A stretch of DNA of 64,000 nucleotides, taken from Trueperaceae bacterium (GTDB lineage: Bacteria > Deinococcota > Deinococci > Deinococcales > Trueperaceae). A program made the position numbers and the translations under genes. This document shows positions 42,699-52,704 of the stretch, piece after piece (within the stretch, counting starts at the first letter, position 1; each line of letters begins with the position of its first letter). The notes below the pieces were generated by a model that did not search any database, was not told the origin of the DNA, and was given only the letters and a program-made list of their open reading frames with translations. The DNA is taken from the NCBI GenBank assembly GCA_965213705.1, contig OZ243913.1:928001-992000 (forward strand), in the 5' to 3' direction.

Positions 42699-42736
42699 AA
42701 GCGAGAGGGGCGACCGTTCGGTCGCCCCTCTCGCTT
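42699..42736. terminator. Bidirectional terminator hairpin
   Basis: AAGCGAGAGGGGCGACCG-TT-CGGTCGCCCCTCTCGCTT between convergent genes. Confidence 0.8.
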
Positions 42737-42769
42737 TTATAAAAATCCGCGTGAAGACTTAGGTGCCGT

Positions 42770-44083
42770 TTACGGAGCGCCGACCTCGCCGCAGGCGAGC
42801 ACGGTGTCCGAACCGTCGGCGTAGAGGTTGACGTGCAAGTTGGCGTTGGTGAGTGCGACGAAACTCATTTCCAGCGTCGTCACGCTCAGTCCGCCTTTAC
42901 CGGCTTGGGAGGGCTCGAGCGTGATCAGGGTGTCGCCGTCGCTGCCGCAGTCGCCTTTGAGCAGTTCGACACCCAGGGTGTCCGCGGTGGCCTGACCGGT
43001 GATAAACAACGTAAGGACGAGGCTTTCGTCGCCGTAGTCCGCAACGAACAGTGAGCCGCGCACACGACTTTCTCCAACCGGAGAGACGGGGTAACGAACC
43101 TGCCGGTCCCGGGGAGTCTCGGCGGGGCTGGCGCTCGGCGCCGGCGGGGTTTGCACAGGTTGTACCCCAGGCGTAACGGGTTGTGCGGGAGCGGCCTCGG
43201 GTGTGGCGGTTTCAGGTGTGGCGGTTTCGGGTGCGGGCGTGACGGGCACCGGCGTCGCAGCGTCGGCGGGCTGTTCGGGCTGTTCGGTCGGCGTCACTGC
43301 CGTCGGCGCAGGGTCGGTCGGTGCAGGTTCGGTCGGCGCTGTTTCTGCCGGTGTCGTCTCAACAGGTGTTGTCTCAGCTGGTGTTGCCTCAACAGGTGTC
43401 GCTTCGGTGGGCGCTGTTTCCGCGGGTGCCTCTGTGGTAGGAGCGCTGTCGGTCGGTGTGGCGTCCGCGGCGGTTTCGTAGTCTATGTGCAAGAGGGGCG
43501 CTTCGCTTTCCCTGCCGTCGAACGACCGCGCGACGCGGTGTCCGGTGCCGCTGAGAACAAACGCGAGCGCGTTACCGCTCTGCCAACCCGGCCGGTCGAC
43601 AATTTCTTGTACGATTTCTGCGAGGTCGGGGGTTTGCTGGTCGGGGCCGGCCTCGTCTGCGGTGGTCCAGGGAGCGGGTGTCCAAGTTACCGCGGCACTC
43701 GTCCGCGGGCGGCTCGAGATGCTGTTGGGCGTTTCTGCAAACGGGGCCGGGCTGTCGCTCGCCTCGCCCTGGACGGTGACGGAGGTGTCTTGGTCGGTGG
43801 TTTCGTCGACGGTGAATTGGAGGTAGGCGTTAGTAACCGTCGCCCCTTGCGGAACGGTCACGTTCTCAAAACGCAGACCGACGATTTGCAAGGTGTCGGC
43901 ATCTTCAAAAAGTTCTAAGTCGGAACTGTCCACATAAACGGTTCCCGCCGGACCCTGCGAGGTCTCGCCCGTAAATTCCTCCGCATCGTCTAGGTTTTGC
44001 GACACGCGTATGTCCAAGCTGGACTGCGCCTGGGTAGTAACCACCAAACAGGCCACACAAAGAGCAAGTAAAAACTTTTTCAC
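42770..44083 (-). CDS. Secreted protein: beta-sandwich (CBM96/DNRLRE-like) domain, Pro/Thr/Ala linker, SOD/CHRD-like C-terminal domain
   Basis: Signal peptide; DDAEE...SSDLEL...VGLRF...PQGAT.TNAY.QF...EIVDRPGW; ETTPA repeats; GDC...LACGEV. Confidence 0.6.
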   Translation of the reverse strand: MKKFLLALCVACLVVTTQAQSSLDIRVSQNLDDAEEFTGETSQGPAGTVYVDSSDLELFEDADTLQIVGLRFENVTVPQGATVTNAYLQFTVDETTDQDTSVTVQGEASDSPAPFAETPNSISSRPRTSAAVTWTPAPWTTADEAGPDQQTPDLAEIVQEIVDRPGWQSGNALAFVLSGTGHRVARSFDGRESEAPLLHIDYETAADATPTDSAPTTEAPAETAPTEATPVEATPAETTPVETTPAETAPTEPAPTDPAPTAVTPTEQPEQPADAATPVPVTPAPETATPETATPEAAPAQPVTPGVQPVQTPPAPSASPAETPRDRQVRYPVSPVGESRVRGSLFVADYGDESLVLTLFITGQATADTLGVELLKGDCGSDGDTLITLEPSQAGKGGLSVTTLEMSFVALTNANLHVNLYADGSDTVLACGEVGAP

Positions 44084-44578
44084 GTTTGCAACTCCTTAGT
44101 AAAATTTACCTCACCGGCTCGGCACCCTTTTGGTTAGCTTGACAAAGGTGGTTACGCTCTTACAGAACCCTGTTGCCGAACCCCCTGTCGCCTTGCGCCC
44201 CACCGCCCCCACTACCTTACACCCGGTTACGTTAGCTTGGCGAACCAAGGGTGCGTGTAAAGTTTATTATAAGGGCGGGCCGACCCGGTTTTTGGGTTTA
44301 ACAGGATTTCCTTTTCCCCTGGACTCACAGGTCACTTACAGATGTCTAATCTAGGCACCATACTATGAGAAAGATTTTCGGGTCCGCAACGGCCCTTCGG
44401 CCCGACTTCCGCGTCCAAGCGGTCGCGTTCAAGCAGTCGTGCTCAAAACAGTCGTGTTCAAACGGTCTTGGGCCGGACAGCTGCAGCCGGGATGGTTTGA
44501 ACCGGGATGATTTGAACGGAGCGTCCCCGACGGAGTCCCCGAACAGAGCGTTTTGGCCGATCAAAAATCGAGGTAACC

Positions 44579-46501
44579 GTGAAAATGATGACCGAATTTA
44601 AAAGTAAGATAGTGCGCTTCGACCCGCAGGGGCTGCCTTCCGTGGTCAAGCCCGTCCTCGACGTGTCTGTCTGGTTGCTCTCTGTCGTCATGGCTTACCT
44701 GACGGTGTTCGTCATTCGGTACGACGCCGCGATTCCCCTTGCGAGCTACCCCGGCCTTGTCTTGTCAATGTTCGTTCTAACGGCTGCCAAGCTTGTAGGC
44801 GCGCACCTGTTGCGCCTCCACCGGCAGAGTTGGAGCCGCCTGTCTTTTCGGGACTTGGGCGCTATTTTGCGGCTTGTCGTCAGCGTCGGGTTCTTGGGTA
44901 GCGCGCTGCTTTTGCTGCTGGGTCCGGAGCTGAGAATCCCCCGCTCGATAGCGGCGCTCGACATGCTGTTGTCGCTGCTTTTTATGGTCGGTTTGCGGAG
45001 TGGCGCCCGGTACTGGCACGAAAACTGGCTGCAGCAAGGCGTGGTGCCCGCCCGCCGTAAAAAAGTGCTCATCGTCGGAGCCGGTGAGGCGGGTTCGCTG
45101 ATGAGTCGGGAGATGCTGCGTCACCCGGAAATGGGCCTGAAGCCGGTCGGGTTTTTAGACGACGACCCACGCAAGGTCGGTCACCGCATCGGGCCGGTAC
45201 CGGTGCTGGGCACCGTCGAACATTTAGACACGGTCATCCAAAAAATCGAGGTCGACGAGGTCGTCATCGCCCTGCCCTCGGCGGGGGGAAGCGTCGTGCG
45301 CGAGGTCGTCGACAAGATAACGGCCAGCAAGTCCGGCGTCACCTACCGAATCATGCCGGGCCTGTACGAGATTTTGAGCGGCCGCGTCGACATCAAACGG
45401 ATGCGCGAGGTCGAAATCGACGACCTCTTGGGCCGCCCCCCGGTCACGCTCGACACGGCAAGCATCCTGGGTTACCTAGAGGGCAAAACGGTCATGATTA
45501 CCGGGGCGGGCGGCTCGATAGGCTCGGAAATCGTGCGTCAAGTGTGCCGCTTTCGCCCGAAAGAACTCATCTTGTTCGGACACGGCGAGAACAGTATTTA
45601 CCAGCTCGAGCGCGAACTCGACCGCGACTGGCCCGACATCAAGTACCACAGCGTCATCGGCGCGATTCAAAACGGGGTGCGGCTGGACTATATCTTCAAC
45701 CGCTACAAGCCCCAGGTCATCTTTCACACGGCGGCGCACAAACACGTGCCCCTTATGGAGACGAACCCCGAAGAGGCGGTGTTCAACAACATCGTCGGCA
45801 GCAAAAACTTGGTCAACTTGGCGCTGAAATACGGCGTGTCGCACTTTGTCAACATTTCGACCGACAAGGCCGTCAACCCGACCTCGGTGATGGGCGCGTC
45901 CAAACGCATGGTCGAGTACATCGTCCAGGACGCCTCGCGGCGGGCTCGTGAAGACCAAACGTTCGTGTCGGTGCGCTTCGGCAACGTGCTCGGCAGCCGC
46001 GGCAGCGTGATTCCGGTTTTTAAGAAGCAAATTTTAGCGGGCGGACCCGTCACCGTCACGCACCCCGACATGGTGCGTTACTTCATGACCATTCCCGAGG
46101 CGTCGCAACTCGTGCTGCAAGCCTCGGCGCAGGGCAGAAACGGCGACATATACATCCTCGACATGGGTGAACCGGTCAAAATTTTGGACCTGGCTAGGGA
46201 CCTCATCAAACTGTCCGGTTTCGAGCCCGACAAGGACATCCAAATCGTCTTCACCGGGATGCGGCCGGGCGAGAAGATGTACGAAGAACTCATGACCGAA
46301 GAAGAACGCGGTGGCGAGACCTCGCACGAGAAAATCTTTGCGGCTAGGGTCATGGCCTTCGACACGGGCGAGCTGGAGAGCATCATCCACCGTTTGCAAG
46401 AAGCCGCGCTGCAAAGCGACCACCTCGTCATCCGGCACTGTCTGGAAGAGTTTATCGACGGCTGCAACCTCGACTACAGCCAGATTCCGGTGAGCGTCTA
46501 G
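44579..46501 (+). CDS. Membrane-bound nucleotide-sugar 4,6-dehydratase (CapD/PglF/WbpM family)
   Basis: Four TMs, GAGEAG, TGAGGSIGSE, AAHKHVP, STDKAVNPT.VMGASKR, RFGNVLGSRGSV, RPGEK. Confidence 0.92.
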   Translation: MKMMTEFKSKIVRFDPQGLPSVVKPVLDVSVWLLSVVMAYLTVFVIRYDAAIPLASYPGLVLSMFVLTAAKLVGAHLLRLHRQSWSRLSFRDLGAILRLVVSVGFLGSALLLLLGPELRIPRSIAALDMLLSLLFMVGLRSGARYWHENWLQQGVVPARRKKVLIVGAGEAGSLMSREMLRHPEMGLKPVGFLDDDPRKVGHRIGPVPVLGTVEHLDTVIQKIEVDEVVIALPSAGGSVVREVVDKITASKSGVTYRIMPGLYEILSGRVDIKRMREVEIDDLLGRPPVTLDTASILGYLEGKTVMITGAGGSIGSEIVRQVCRFRPKELILFGHGENSIYQLERELDRDWPDIKYHSVIGAIQNGVRLDYIFNRYKPQVIFHTAAHKHVPLMETNPEEAVFNNIVGSKNLVNLALKYGVSHFVNISTDKAVNPTSVMGASKRMVEYIVQDASRRAREDQTFVSVRFGNVLGSRGSVIPVFKKQILAGGPVTVTHPDMVRYFMTIPEASQLVLQASAQGRNGDIYILDMGEPVKILDLARDLIKLSGFEPDKDIQIVFTGMRPGEKMYEELMTEEERGGETSHEKIFAARVMAFDTGELESIIHRLQEAALQSDHLVIRHCLEEFIDGCNLDYSQIPVSV

Positions 46502-46631
46502 GCCCACGTCCAGCCCAGCGTCTGGGCCAGGGGGTACGCTCGAGCGTTTGTGACCTTTTGGCGGGCGACGCGGCGGTTATCTGCTACAGTCTAAATTTGG
46601 CGGACTGACTCAGAAGTCGGCGAGAGTAAGG

Positions 46632-48236
46632 ATGGCGGCGATGCAACAAGAGATTACGATTTCTATCAACGACGTGCTGCGCTTTATCGGGCGCGGCTTA
46701 CTATTGGCTCTAATCGTGGCGGGCGCGGCGGGGTTTGTGGTTTATCAACTCAGTCAACGGCGCGAACCCGTGTACGAGTCAAAAGCGACGGTTTTGTCGG
46801 AGCAGCCCAACACGCAGAGCGGCCTTGCCGGCACCCTCTTCAACGCGCCCGTCCTGGACGCGAGCGCCTACAAAGCCGCCGCTGAAAGCGACGCGGTGCT
46901 GAGGACGGCCTTGATAGACCTGACGCAAGAGGACGAGGTAACACCGGGGGCCATCAAGTCGTTACGGGGCAAAACCTCGGTGTCACCGAGCGAAGAACGA
47001 AACTCGGGCCTTATCTCCATCAGAGCAGAGGCCGACACCGCCGAGGGTGCGGCGCAAAGGGCGACCGCGCTGGCAAACGCCCTCGTCGAGTGGGACGAGG
47101 GCCGGGCCAAAAGCAAACTCAACGAACTCATCAACGGCCTCGAGGCGGCGGTCAGACAAATCACCGAAACGATTCGTGGTCTTCAAGCCTCTAACGCTTC
47201 TCAAGCTCAAATCGACGCTCAGGTGGCTCTGCTCGCCGACCGAAGCTCACGGCTCAACAACGCTCAAACCCTGCGGGAGTCGACCGTCACCCTGCTCAGC
47301 GTGCTCCAAGAAGGCAGCGTGCCTTCCAACCCGGTCTCGCCCAATCCTTTGTTCGACGCCACGCTGGCGGCCCTCTTGGGGATTTTCCTGACCTACGGCC
47401 TCCTTTTGGTTCGCAACGCCCTCGACACCAAACTGCGCAGCGTGGACGACGTGGCGACGGTCAGCGGGTTGCCGGTCATCGCCGAGTTTCCCAAACTGCC
47501 CAAGGGCATACGCAACCTGCCGCGGGAGGCCTCGAGCTACCTGCGCACCAACCTGCTGTTTTCCACCGTCGACGCCAACCCTAAGGTGTTGCTGGTTACC
47601 AGCGCCAACAGCGAAGAGGGCAAGTCGAGCATCGCCATCAGTTTGGCGGAGAGTTTTGTGCGCAACGGTTACCGCACGCTCCTTATCGACGCCGACCTGC
47701 GCAAACCCGTCATCGCGGGCGAGTACCGCATCAACAACCTGCACCAGGCCTCTTTGGAAGACTGTCTGAAAAACCCTTACACCGCCCACAAGGCGGCGAC
47801 CGTGTCCATCGGCGCGAAAGACTATCTGTACGTCATCCCCACCTTTCAACCGGCCCCGCAAGCGTCCGAACTCTTGAGCCGCGGCTTTAGGGAGTGTTTG
47901 GACAAGTGGCGGCAAGAGTACGACGTCATCGTCGTCGACTCGGCTCCGGTTTTGGCCGTCGCCGACGCGCTTGCCATCGCGCCGCTCGCGACGGGCACCT
48001 TGCTCGCCATCAACCAACAAAAAACCGACCGGCGGCAACTGCGCTCGACCGTCGAGTTGCTGCACCGCGTCGGCGTGCGGATTTTGGGCATCGCCGTGAC
48101 CCACGTCAGCAAAGAGGCGTCACAGGGCTCGCGCTACAGCTACGGCTACGGCTACGCCGAGTCCGAAGCGGCGGAACGCGAGAGGGAGAAAGACGACTTT
48201 ACAAACCCGCCCCAAGTCGGGAGCACCAAGCGCTGA
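46632..48236 (+). CDS. Polysaccharide co-polymerase / tyrosine autokinase (Wzc/CapB-like)
   Basis: Two TMs around a coiled coil, EEGKS, IDADLRKP, VVDSAP, C-terminal Tyr cluster YSYGYGY. Confidence 0.9.
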   Translation: MAAMQQEITISINDVLRFIGRGLLLALIVAGAAGFVVYQLSQRREPVYESKATVLSEQPNTQSGLAGTLFNAPVLDASAYKAAAESDAVLRTALIDLTQEDEVTPGAIKSLRGKTSVSPSEERNSGLISIRAEADTAEGAAQRATALANALVEWDEGRAKSKLNELINGLEAAVRQITETIRGLQASNASQAQIDAQVALLADRSSRLNNAQTLRESTVTLLSVLQEGSVPSNPVSPNPLFDATLAALLGIFLTYGLLLVRNALDTKLRSVDDVATVSGLPVIAEFPKLPKGIRNLPREASSYLRTNLLFSTVDANPKVLLVTSANSEEGKSSIAISLAESFVRNGYRTLLIDADLRKPVIAGEYRINNLHQASLEDCLKNPYTAHKAATVSIGAKDYLYVIPTFQPAPQASELLSRGFRECLDKWRQEYDVIVVDSAPVLAVADALAIAPLATGTLLAINQQKTDRRQLRSTVELLHRVGVRILGIAVTHVSKEASQGSRYSYGYGYAESEAAEREREKDDFTNPPQVGSTKR

Positions 48237-48264
48237 CAAGAACCGAGGGTGTCTAACGAACGGC

Positions 48265-48290
48265 AGGGCGCGCCAGAGAAGGCGCGCCCT
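48265..48290. terminator. GC-rich hairpin after the wzc-like gene
   Basis: AGGGCGCGCC-AGAGAA-GGCGCGCCCT. Confidence 0.55.
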
Positions 48291-48406
48291 TCTCGTTTGA
48301 GGCGGCGTGTAGGCCCGCTCTCGCTCGAGCCGACCTCGGGGCCCCACCCCACGACCTTTACGGCGAAGACGCACCGTTCGCGTTAACCTGCTGGTAGGAG
48401 GTCGAC

Positions 48407-49033
48407 ATGATACTCGTCGCGGGTGCCCACGGGCGCACAGGCCGACACATCGTTTCGCTGCTGGGGGGCAGGGCCAAGGCCCTTGTCAGACGCCGAGACC
48501 AGGTCGAAAGCATGACGGACTTGGGCGCGGAGGCGGTCGTCGGCGACTTGACGGACATTCCGTTGGACGGGCTGCTGAAGGGCTGCGACGGCGTGATTTT
48601 CGCAGCGGGCGCGGGCATGGACGGTGACCCGGAACAAGTCGACAACGAGGCTGCGGTCAACCTCATCGAGACCCTAAAGCGTCACGGGGACGAGCGCTTC
48701 GTCATGGTCAGTTCTATGGGGACGACCTACCCCGACAAGATGCCGCCGCTGTTGAAACCTTATTTGGTCGCCAAACGCAAGGCGGAACAGGTGCTCGAGA
48801 CCTCCGGCCTAATCTACACGATTGTCCGCCCCGGCGGACTCACCGACGCGCCCGGCACCGGGCAGGTCGAGGTCGCGCCGGCCTTGAACCGGGGCGGCTC
48901 GGTGCCACGCGAGGACGTGGCGAGGGCGGTGGTGCTCGCCGTAGACGCGAGCACGACCTACAACACCGCGTTCGATATTTTGTCGGGCGACACGCCCATC
49001 GCCGCGGCACTGGACAACCTGACGAACGCTTAG
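48407..49033 (+). CDS. Atypical SDR / NAD(P)-binding protein (YhfK-like)
   Basis: GAHGRTG, VIFAAG, YLVAK..AE, IVRPGGLTD, REDVA. Confidence 0.85.
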   Translation: MILVAGAHGRTGRHIVSLLGGRAKALVRRRDQVESMTDLGAEAVVGDLTDIPLDGLLKGCDGVIFAAGAGMDGDPEQVDNEAAVNLIETLKRHGDERFVMVSSMGTTYPDKMPPLLKPYLVAKRKAEQVLETSGLIYTIVRPGGLTDAPGTGQVEVAPALNRGGSVPREDVARAVVLAVDASTTYNTAFDILSGDTPIAAALDNLTNA

Positions 49034-49052
49034 CGGGGCGTAAACTCGGAGC

Positions 49053-49862
49053 ATGTTCAGCAAAGACCAGCTCGACCGCTACGCGCGCCACATCATTCTG
49101 CCGGGCGTGGGTGCGGCGGGCCAGCGCAAGCTTTTAGATGCGAAAATTCTCGTCGTCGGCGCGGGCGGTTTGGGTTCGCCGGTGCTGCTCTACTTAGCGG
49201 CCGCCGGGGTAGGCACGCTCGGCGTGGTGGACTTCGACAGGGTCGAAACGAGCAACCTGCAGCGCCAGGTGCTGCACGACACGGACCACGTCGGTGTTCT
49301 CAAGACGGACTCGGCGCGGCGGCGCGTAACCGCCCTCAACCCGGACGTGCGGGTCGAGGTTTATCCGGAGCGGCTGACGTCAAAGAACGCGCTCGAGCTG
49401 TTCGCACCTTACGACCTCGTCGTTGACGGCAGCGACAGTTTCGCCACCCGCTACCTCGTCAACGACGCCTGCGTGCTGACGGGCAAACCGCTTCTTTACG
49501 GCGCGATGGCGCAGTTCGAGGGGCAACTGAGCTTGTTTCACGCGGCAACCCCGGCGGGTTTAAGTCCCTGCTACCGCTGCTTGTACCCCACGCCGCCCGC
49601 GCCCGGCACGGTGCCGAACTGCGCCGAGGCGGGCGTGTTCGGCGCGCTGCCCGGCGTGGTCGGCAGCATGATGGCGGTCGAGGCCGTCAAGACGCTGCTC
49701 GGTTTGGGTGAGAGTTTGGCGGGTACGCTGCTTCACTACGACGCGCTCTACAGCGAGACGCGGCGCGTCACCGTGACCCGAAACCCCCATTGCGTGGCGT
49801 GCGGGGAGGTGCCAAGCGTCACCGAACTGCAGGACTACGAACTGTTCTGCACCTCACCTTGA
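49053..49862 (+). CDS. moeB: MoeB/ThiF family adenylyltransferase
   Basis: RYARH, GAGGLG, SNLQRQ, CYRC, C..C; TAAACT box 6 nt upstream. Confidence 0.85.
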   Translation: MFSKDQLDRYARHIILPGVGAAGQRKLLDAKILVVGAGGLGSPVLLYLAAAGVGTLGVVDFDRVETSNLQRQVLHDTDHVGVLKTDSARRRVTALNPDVRVEVYPERLTSKNALELFAPYDLVVDGSDSFATRYLVNDACVLTGKPLLYGAMAQFEGQLSLFHAATPAGLSPCYRCLYPTPPAPGTVPNCAEAGVFGALPGVVGSMMAVEAVKTLLGLGESLAGTLLHYDALYSETRRVTVTRNPHCVACGEVPSVTELQDYELFCTSP

Positions 49863-49929
49863 TTGCAGCACACGCGCTACTCCGGACTGTTTTCAGTGTT
49901 TTATGCTCTAAAACCGAAAGGGGAATACC

Positions 49930-50418
49930 GTGACCGTAACAAGCGAACGAGAAAAACTTTGGGACAAAATCAAAGACGTGCGCATCGCCATGATGACGAC
50001 CGTCGAGACGGACGACACCCTGCGCAGCCGCCCGATGTATCTGCAACAAGCCGAATTCGACGGCGACTTGTGGTTTTTCACCCGCGACGACTCGGGTAAG
50101 ATTTCTGAAATCATGCACAACAAACAGGTCAACTTGGGTTTCGCCGACCCCGGCGACAACCTCTACGTGTCGGTGTCGGGCAAGGCGCAAATCACCGACG
50201 ACCGCGCCAAAGAAGAGGAACTCTGGAACCCCATGCTGAAAGCCTGGTTTCCGGACGGTTTGGACGACCCGCACCTGACCCTGATTCGGGTAAGCACGGA
50301 CCAAGCCGAGTATTGGGACTCGCCGAGCAGCAAGATGGTGCAGCTCTACGGTTTTGTCAAAGCGGCGGTGACGGGCGAAAAAGCCGACCCCGGCGAAAAC
50401 GAAAAGCTCAACCTGTAG
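49930..50418 (+). CDS. Pyridoxamine 5'-phosphate oxidase-like general stress protein
   Basis: AMMTT, RSRPM, LWFFT, AWFP.G.DDP, AEYWD. Confidence 0.88.
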   Translation: MTVTSEREKLWDKIKDVRIAMMTTVETDDTLRSRPMYLQQAEFDGDLWFFTRDDSGKISEIMHNKQVNLGFADPGDNLYVSVSGKAQITDDRAKEEELWNPMLKAWFPDGLDDPHLTLIRVSTDQAEYWDSPSSKMVQLYGFVKAAVTGEKADPGENEKLNL

Positions 50419-50506
50419 TCCAAAACGGCAAAAAATGGGGCCGCCTCGTTGTGCTGGGGCGGCCTTCTCAGGTGCTTTTATTGTGACTTTATAGCCCGAT
50501 ACCGGC

Positions 50507-51238
50507 TCAGCGCTGACCGCGACGGCTGAGCAAAAACGCCCCGCCCAACGCCATGCCGACCTTGGCGACGTCGTCCTGGAAGTCCACTTTGCCGTCGCGG
50601 TTGCTGTCGAGTAGGCCGAGCAGGCTGCCCTGCTGAGTGCCGGGTGTTTCCTCTTCGATGGTTTGGCGCTCGCGGTTGACGAGGTCGGCGACCCCTCGAG
50701 AGTCCAAGTTTTGCTGACGCTTGACCTTGCCGAGCGTGCTCATGACGAGCGGTGCGAGTAGCCCCATAAGCTGACCCACTTGGCCGCCGTTCAAGCCCGT
50801 CGCCTGGCTGACGCCGTTTTGCACCGCGCCGCGGCGACCGCCGAAGAGGTGGCCCAAAATGCCTTCTGCGTTGGTCGCGCGACTGCTTCCCCCGCCCAAC
50901 GCGCCGAGCATACTCATGAGGTCGCCGCCCGCACCGCCACTCATGGTGCCGCCCGCACCGCCACCCATCAAACCGCCCAGACCGCCCGCACCACCGCCGA
51001 AGAGTCCCGCAAGCTGGCCCAACAAACTGCCGTCGTGGTCTTGCTCGAGCGCCCGGTTCAGCGACTCCGCGCCGTCGGGTTGGTGCTGGACGTTTTGCGA
51101 CATGCCGCCGATCATCATCGGCACGAGCGCCGAAATCGCCTTGTCGGTCTGTTCCTCGTTCGCGCCTATGCGCTGGCTGATGCCTTCGACCATCCTGGGG
51201 TCGAGCTGTTGACGTAGTTCATCAAGTAGTGAAGCCAC
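50507..51238 (-). CDS. DUF937 family protein
   Basis: ALEQDHDGS, GILGHLFG, LAPLVM..LG, LD.NRDG. Confidence 0.82.
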   Translation of the reverse strand: MASLLDELRQQLDPRMVEGISQRIGANEEQTDKAISALVPMMIGGMSQNVQHQPDGAESLNRALEQDHDGSLLGQLAGLFGGGAGGLGGLMGGGAGGTMSGGAGGDLMSMLGALGGGSSRATNAEGILGHLFGGRRGAVQNGVSQATGLNGGQVGQLMGLLAPLVMSTLGKVKRQQNLDSRGVADLVNRERQTIEEETPGTQQGSLLGLLDSNRDGKVDFQDDVAKVGMALGGAFLLSRRGQR

Positions 51239-51457
51239 TGTTGTCCCCTTTCGCTGGGCTGTGTATTTGGCTCAGACTTTCAATGTAGGCTTCCCGCGCG
51301 CAACCTGCTGTAGACACGACTGCAATTGGAGGGTGAGTTACGTTGTAGGACGAGCGGGTCGAGGTGGGCACATAGACACAGGGGAGCGCTCGGTCAGCGG
51401 TTCTCGGATTTTCTCAAACGACGAACCCTATCCGTCGCCTCACGGTAGGCTGAACCT

Positions 51458-52591
51458 GTGTTGGAGAAGCGCATCTTAACCGCGGAGGTCGTTTACAACG
51501 GCTTGGGCACACCCAGGGCCGACGGAGCCGTCGTCGTGCAAGCGGGCACCGAGGAGCAAGTCGTCGCGCTGGGCGACCCGGCGACGATGCGGCGGAACTT
51601 CCCCGACGCTGCCGAGGAGCACGTCGGCTTCGCCCTGTCGCCGCCGCCGGTCAACGCGCACACACACCTCGACCTCTCGACCATGCCCCACACGCCGGGC
51701 GACTACGCGGCGTTTATCGACGCGGTCGTGGCGAACTCACAGGCGGGGCGGCGCGGCTTGGAAGCCGCCGAGCAAGGCGTGGCAGAGTTGAAGCGATACG
51801 GGACAAAGATGGTCGGCGACGTCGTCGCTCGAGCCGACGTCATGACTTTTTTACTGGCGAGCGACTTGCAAGGCGTCGCCTACTGGGAAGTCCTCGGACC
51901 CGACCCGGCCGACGCCGAACGTGTTTTCAACGAGACGGTCGAACGGTTGCGCGCGTTCAGAAAGCTCGAGCGCCCCGGCGGGATGCGCGTCGGGCTGTCA
52001 CCCCACAGCCCGCACACGGTGAGCGCGCCGCTGCTTCAAAAGCTGGTCCGACTGGCGCAGCAGAACAAGCTCCCGCTCCAAATCCACGTGGCGGAGAGTG
52101 AGAAAGAACTGGCCTTCCACCGGGACGGCGGCGCGTTTCAAGACCTGCAAGTCGCCGGAGCTTGGCAGCCTTCGGGCCTGACGCCGGTAAAGTACCTCGA
52201 GAGCTTGGGCGTGCTGGACGCTGCCCCGACCCTCGTCCACATGGTTCACGTGACCGAAGACGACGTGCGCGCGGTGCAACGGGCGGGCTGCGTGGTCGTT
52301 CATTGCCCGCGCTCGAATCTGGCGCTGGACTGTGGCCGCTTTCCCTGGGAACTCTACGCCAAACACGGCGTGACGGTAGCGTTCGGAACGGACGGTTTGG
52401 GCTCGAGCCCCACACTGTCGATAGAGGATGAGGTGCGGGCGGCACGAGACCTGCACGGCGACAAGGTGAGCCCGCTTGCCCTCGTGTGGTCGGCGGTCAA
52501 GGGGGGCTACCGCGCCCTCGGGCTGACGCCGCCCAAGGTGGTGCGCGGGGACGCGTTTTCTAAGCTGCACGTTTGGCGAGGGGACGTTTAG
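51458..52591 (+). CDS. Metal-dependent amidohydrolase (possibly aminofutalosine deaminase-like)
   Basis: NAHTH, PHSPH, HVAES, HCPRSN, GTD; TAGGCT box 6 nt before GTG. Confidence 0.75.
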   Translation: MLEKRILTAEVVYNGLGTPRADGAVVVQAGTEEQVVALGDPATMRRNFPDAAEEHVGFALSPPPVNAHTHLDLSTMPHTPGDYAAFIDAVVANSQAGRRGLEAAEQGVAELKRYGTKMVGDVVARADVMTFLLASDLQGVAYWEVLGPDPADAERVFNETVERLRAFRKLERPGGMRVGLSPHSPHTVSAPLLQKLVRLAQQNKLPLQIHVAESEKELAFHRDGGAFQDLQVAGAWQPSGLTPVKYLESLGVLDAAPTLVHMVHVTEDDVRAVQRAGCVVVHCPRSNLALDCGRFPWELYAKHGVTVAFGTDGLGSSPTLSIEDEVRAARDLHGDKVSPLALVWSAVKGGYRALGLTPPKVVRGDAFSKLHVWRGDV

Positions 52592-52704
52592 TTTGTAGCT
52601 TACTAGTCTGTAGCTTGTGGTTTTTTCCCACGAGCCACTGGCTACCGGCTTCTTGCACCTCCTGTTACCATAAGCGAAAAGTTTTGCTCGAGACCTCTGG
52701 AGGC

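Noticed and set aside
52573..52704. N-terminal extension of fumC
   Set aside because: No FumC-like sequence; a strong RBS precedes ATG 52705
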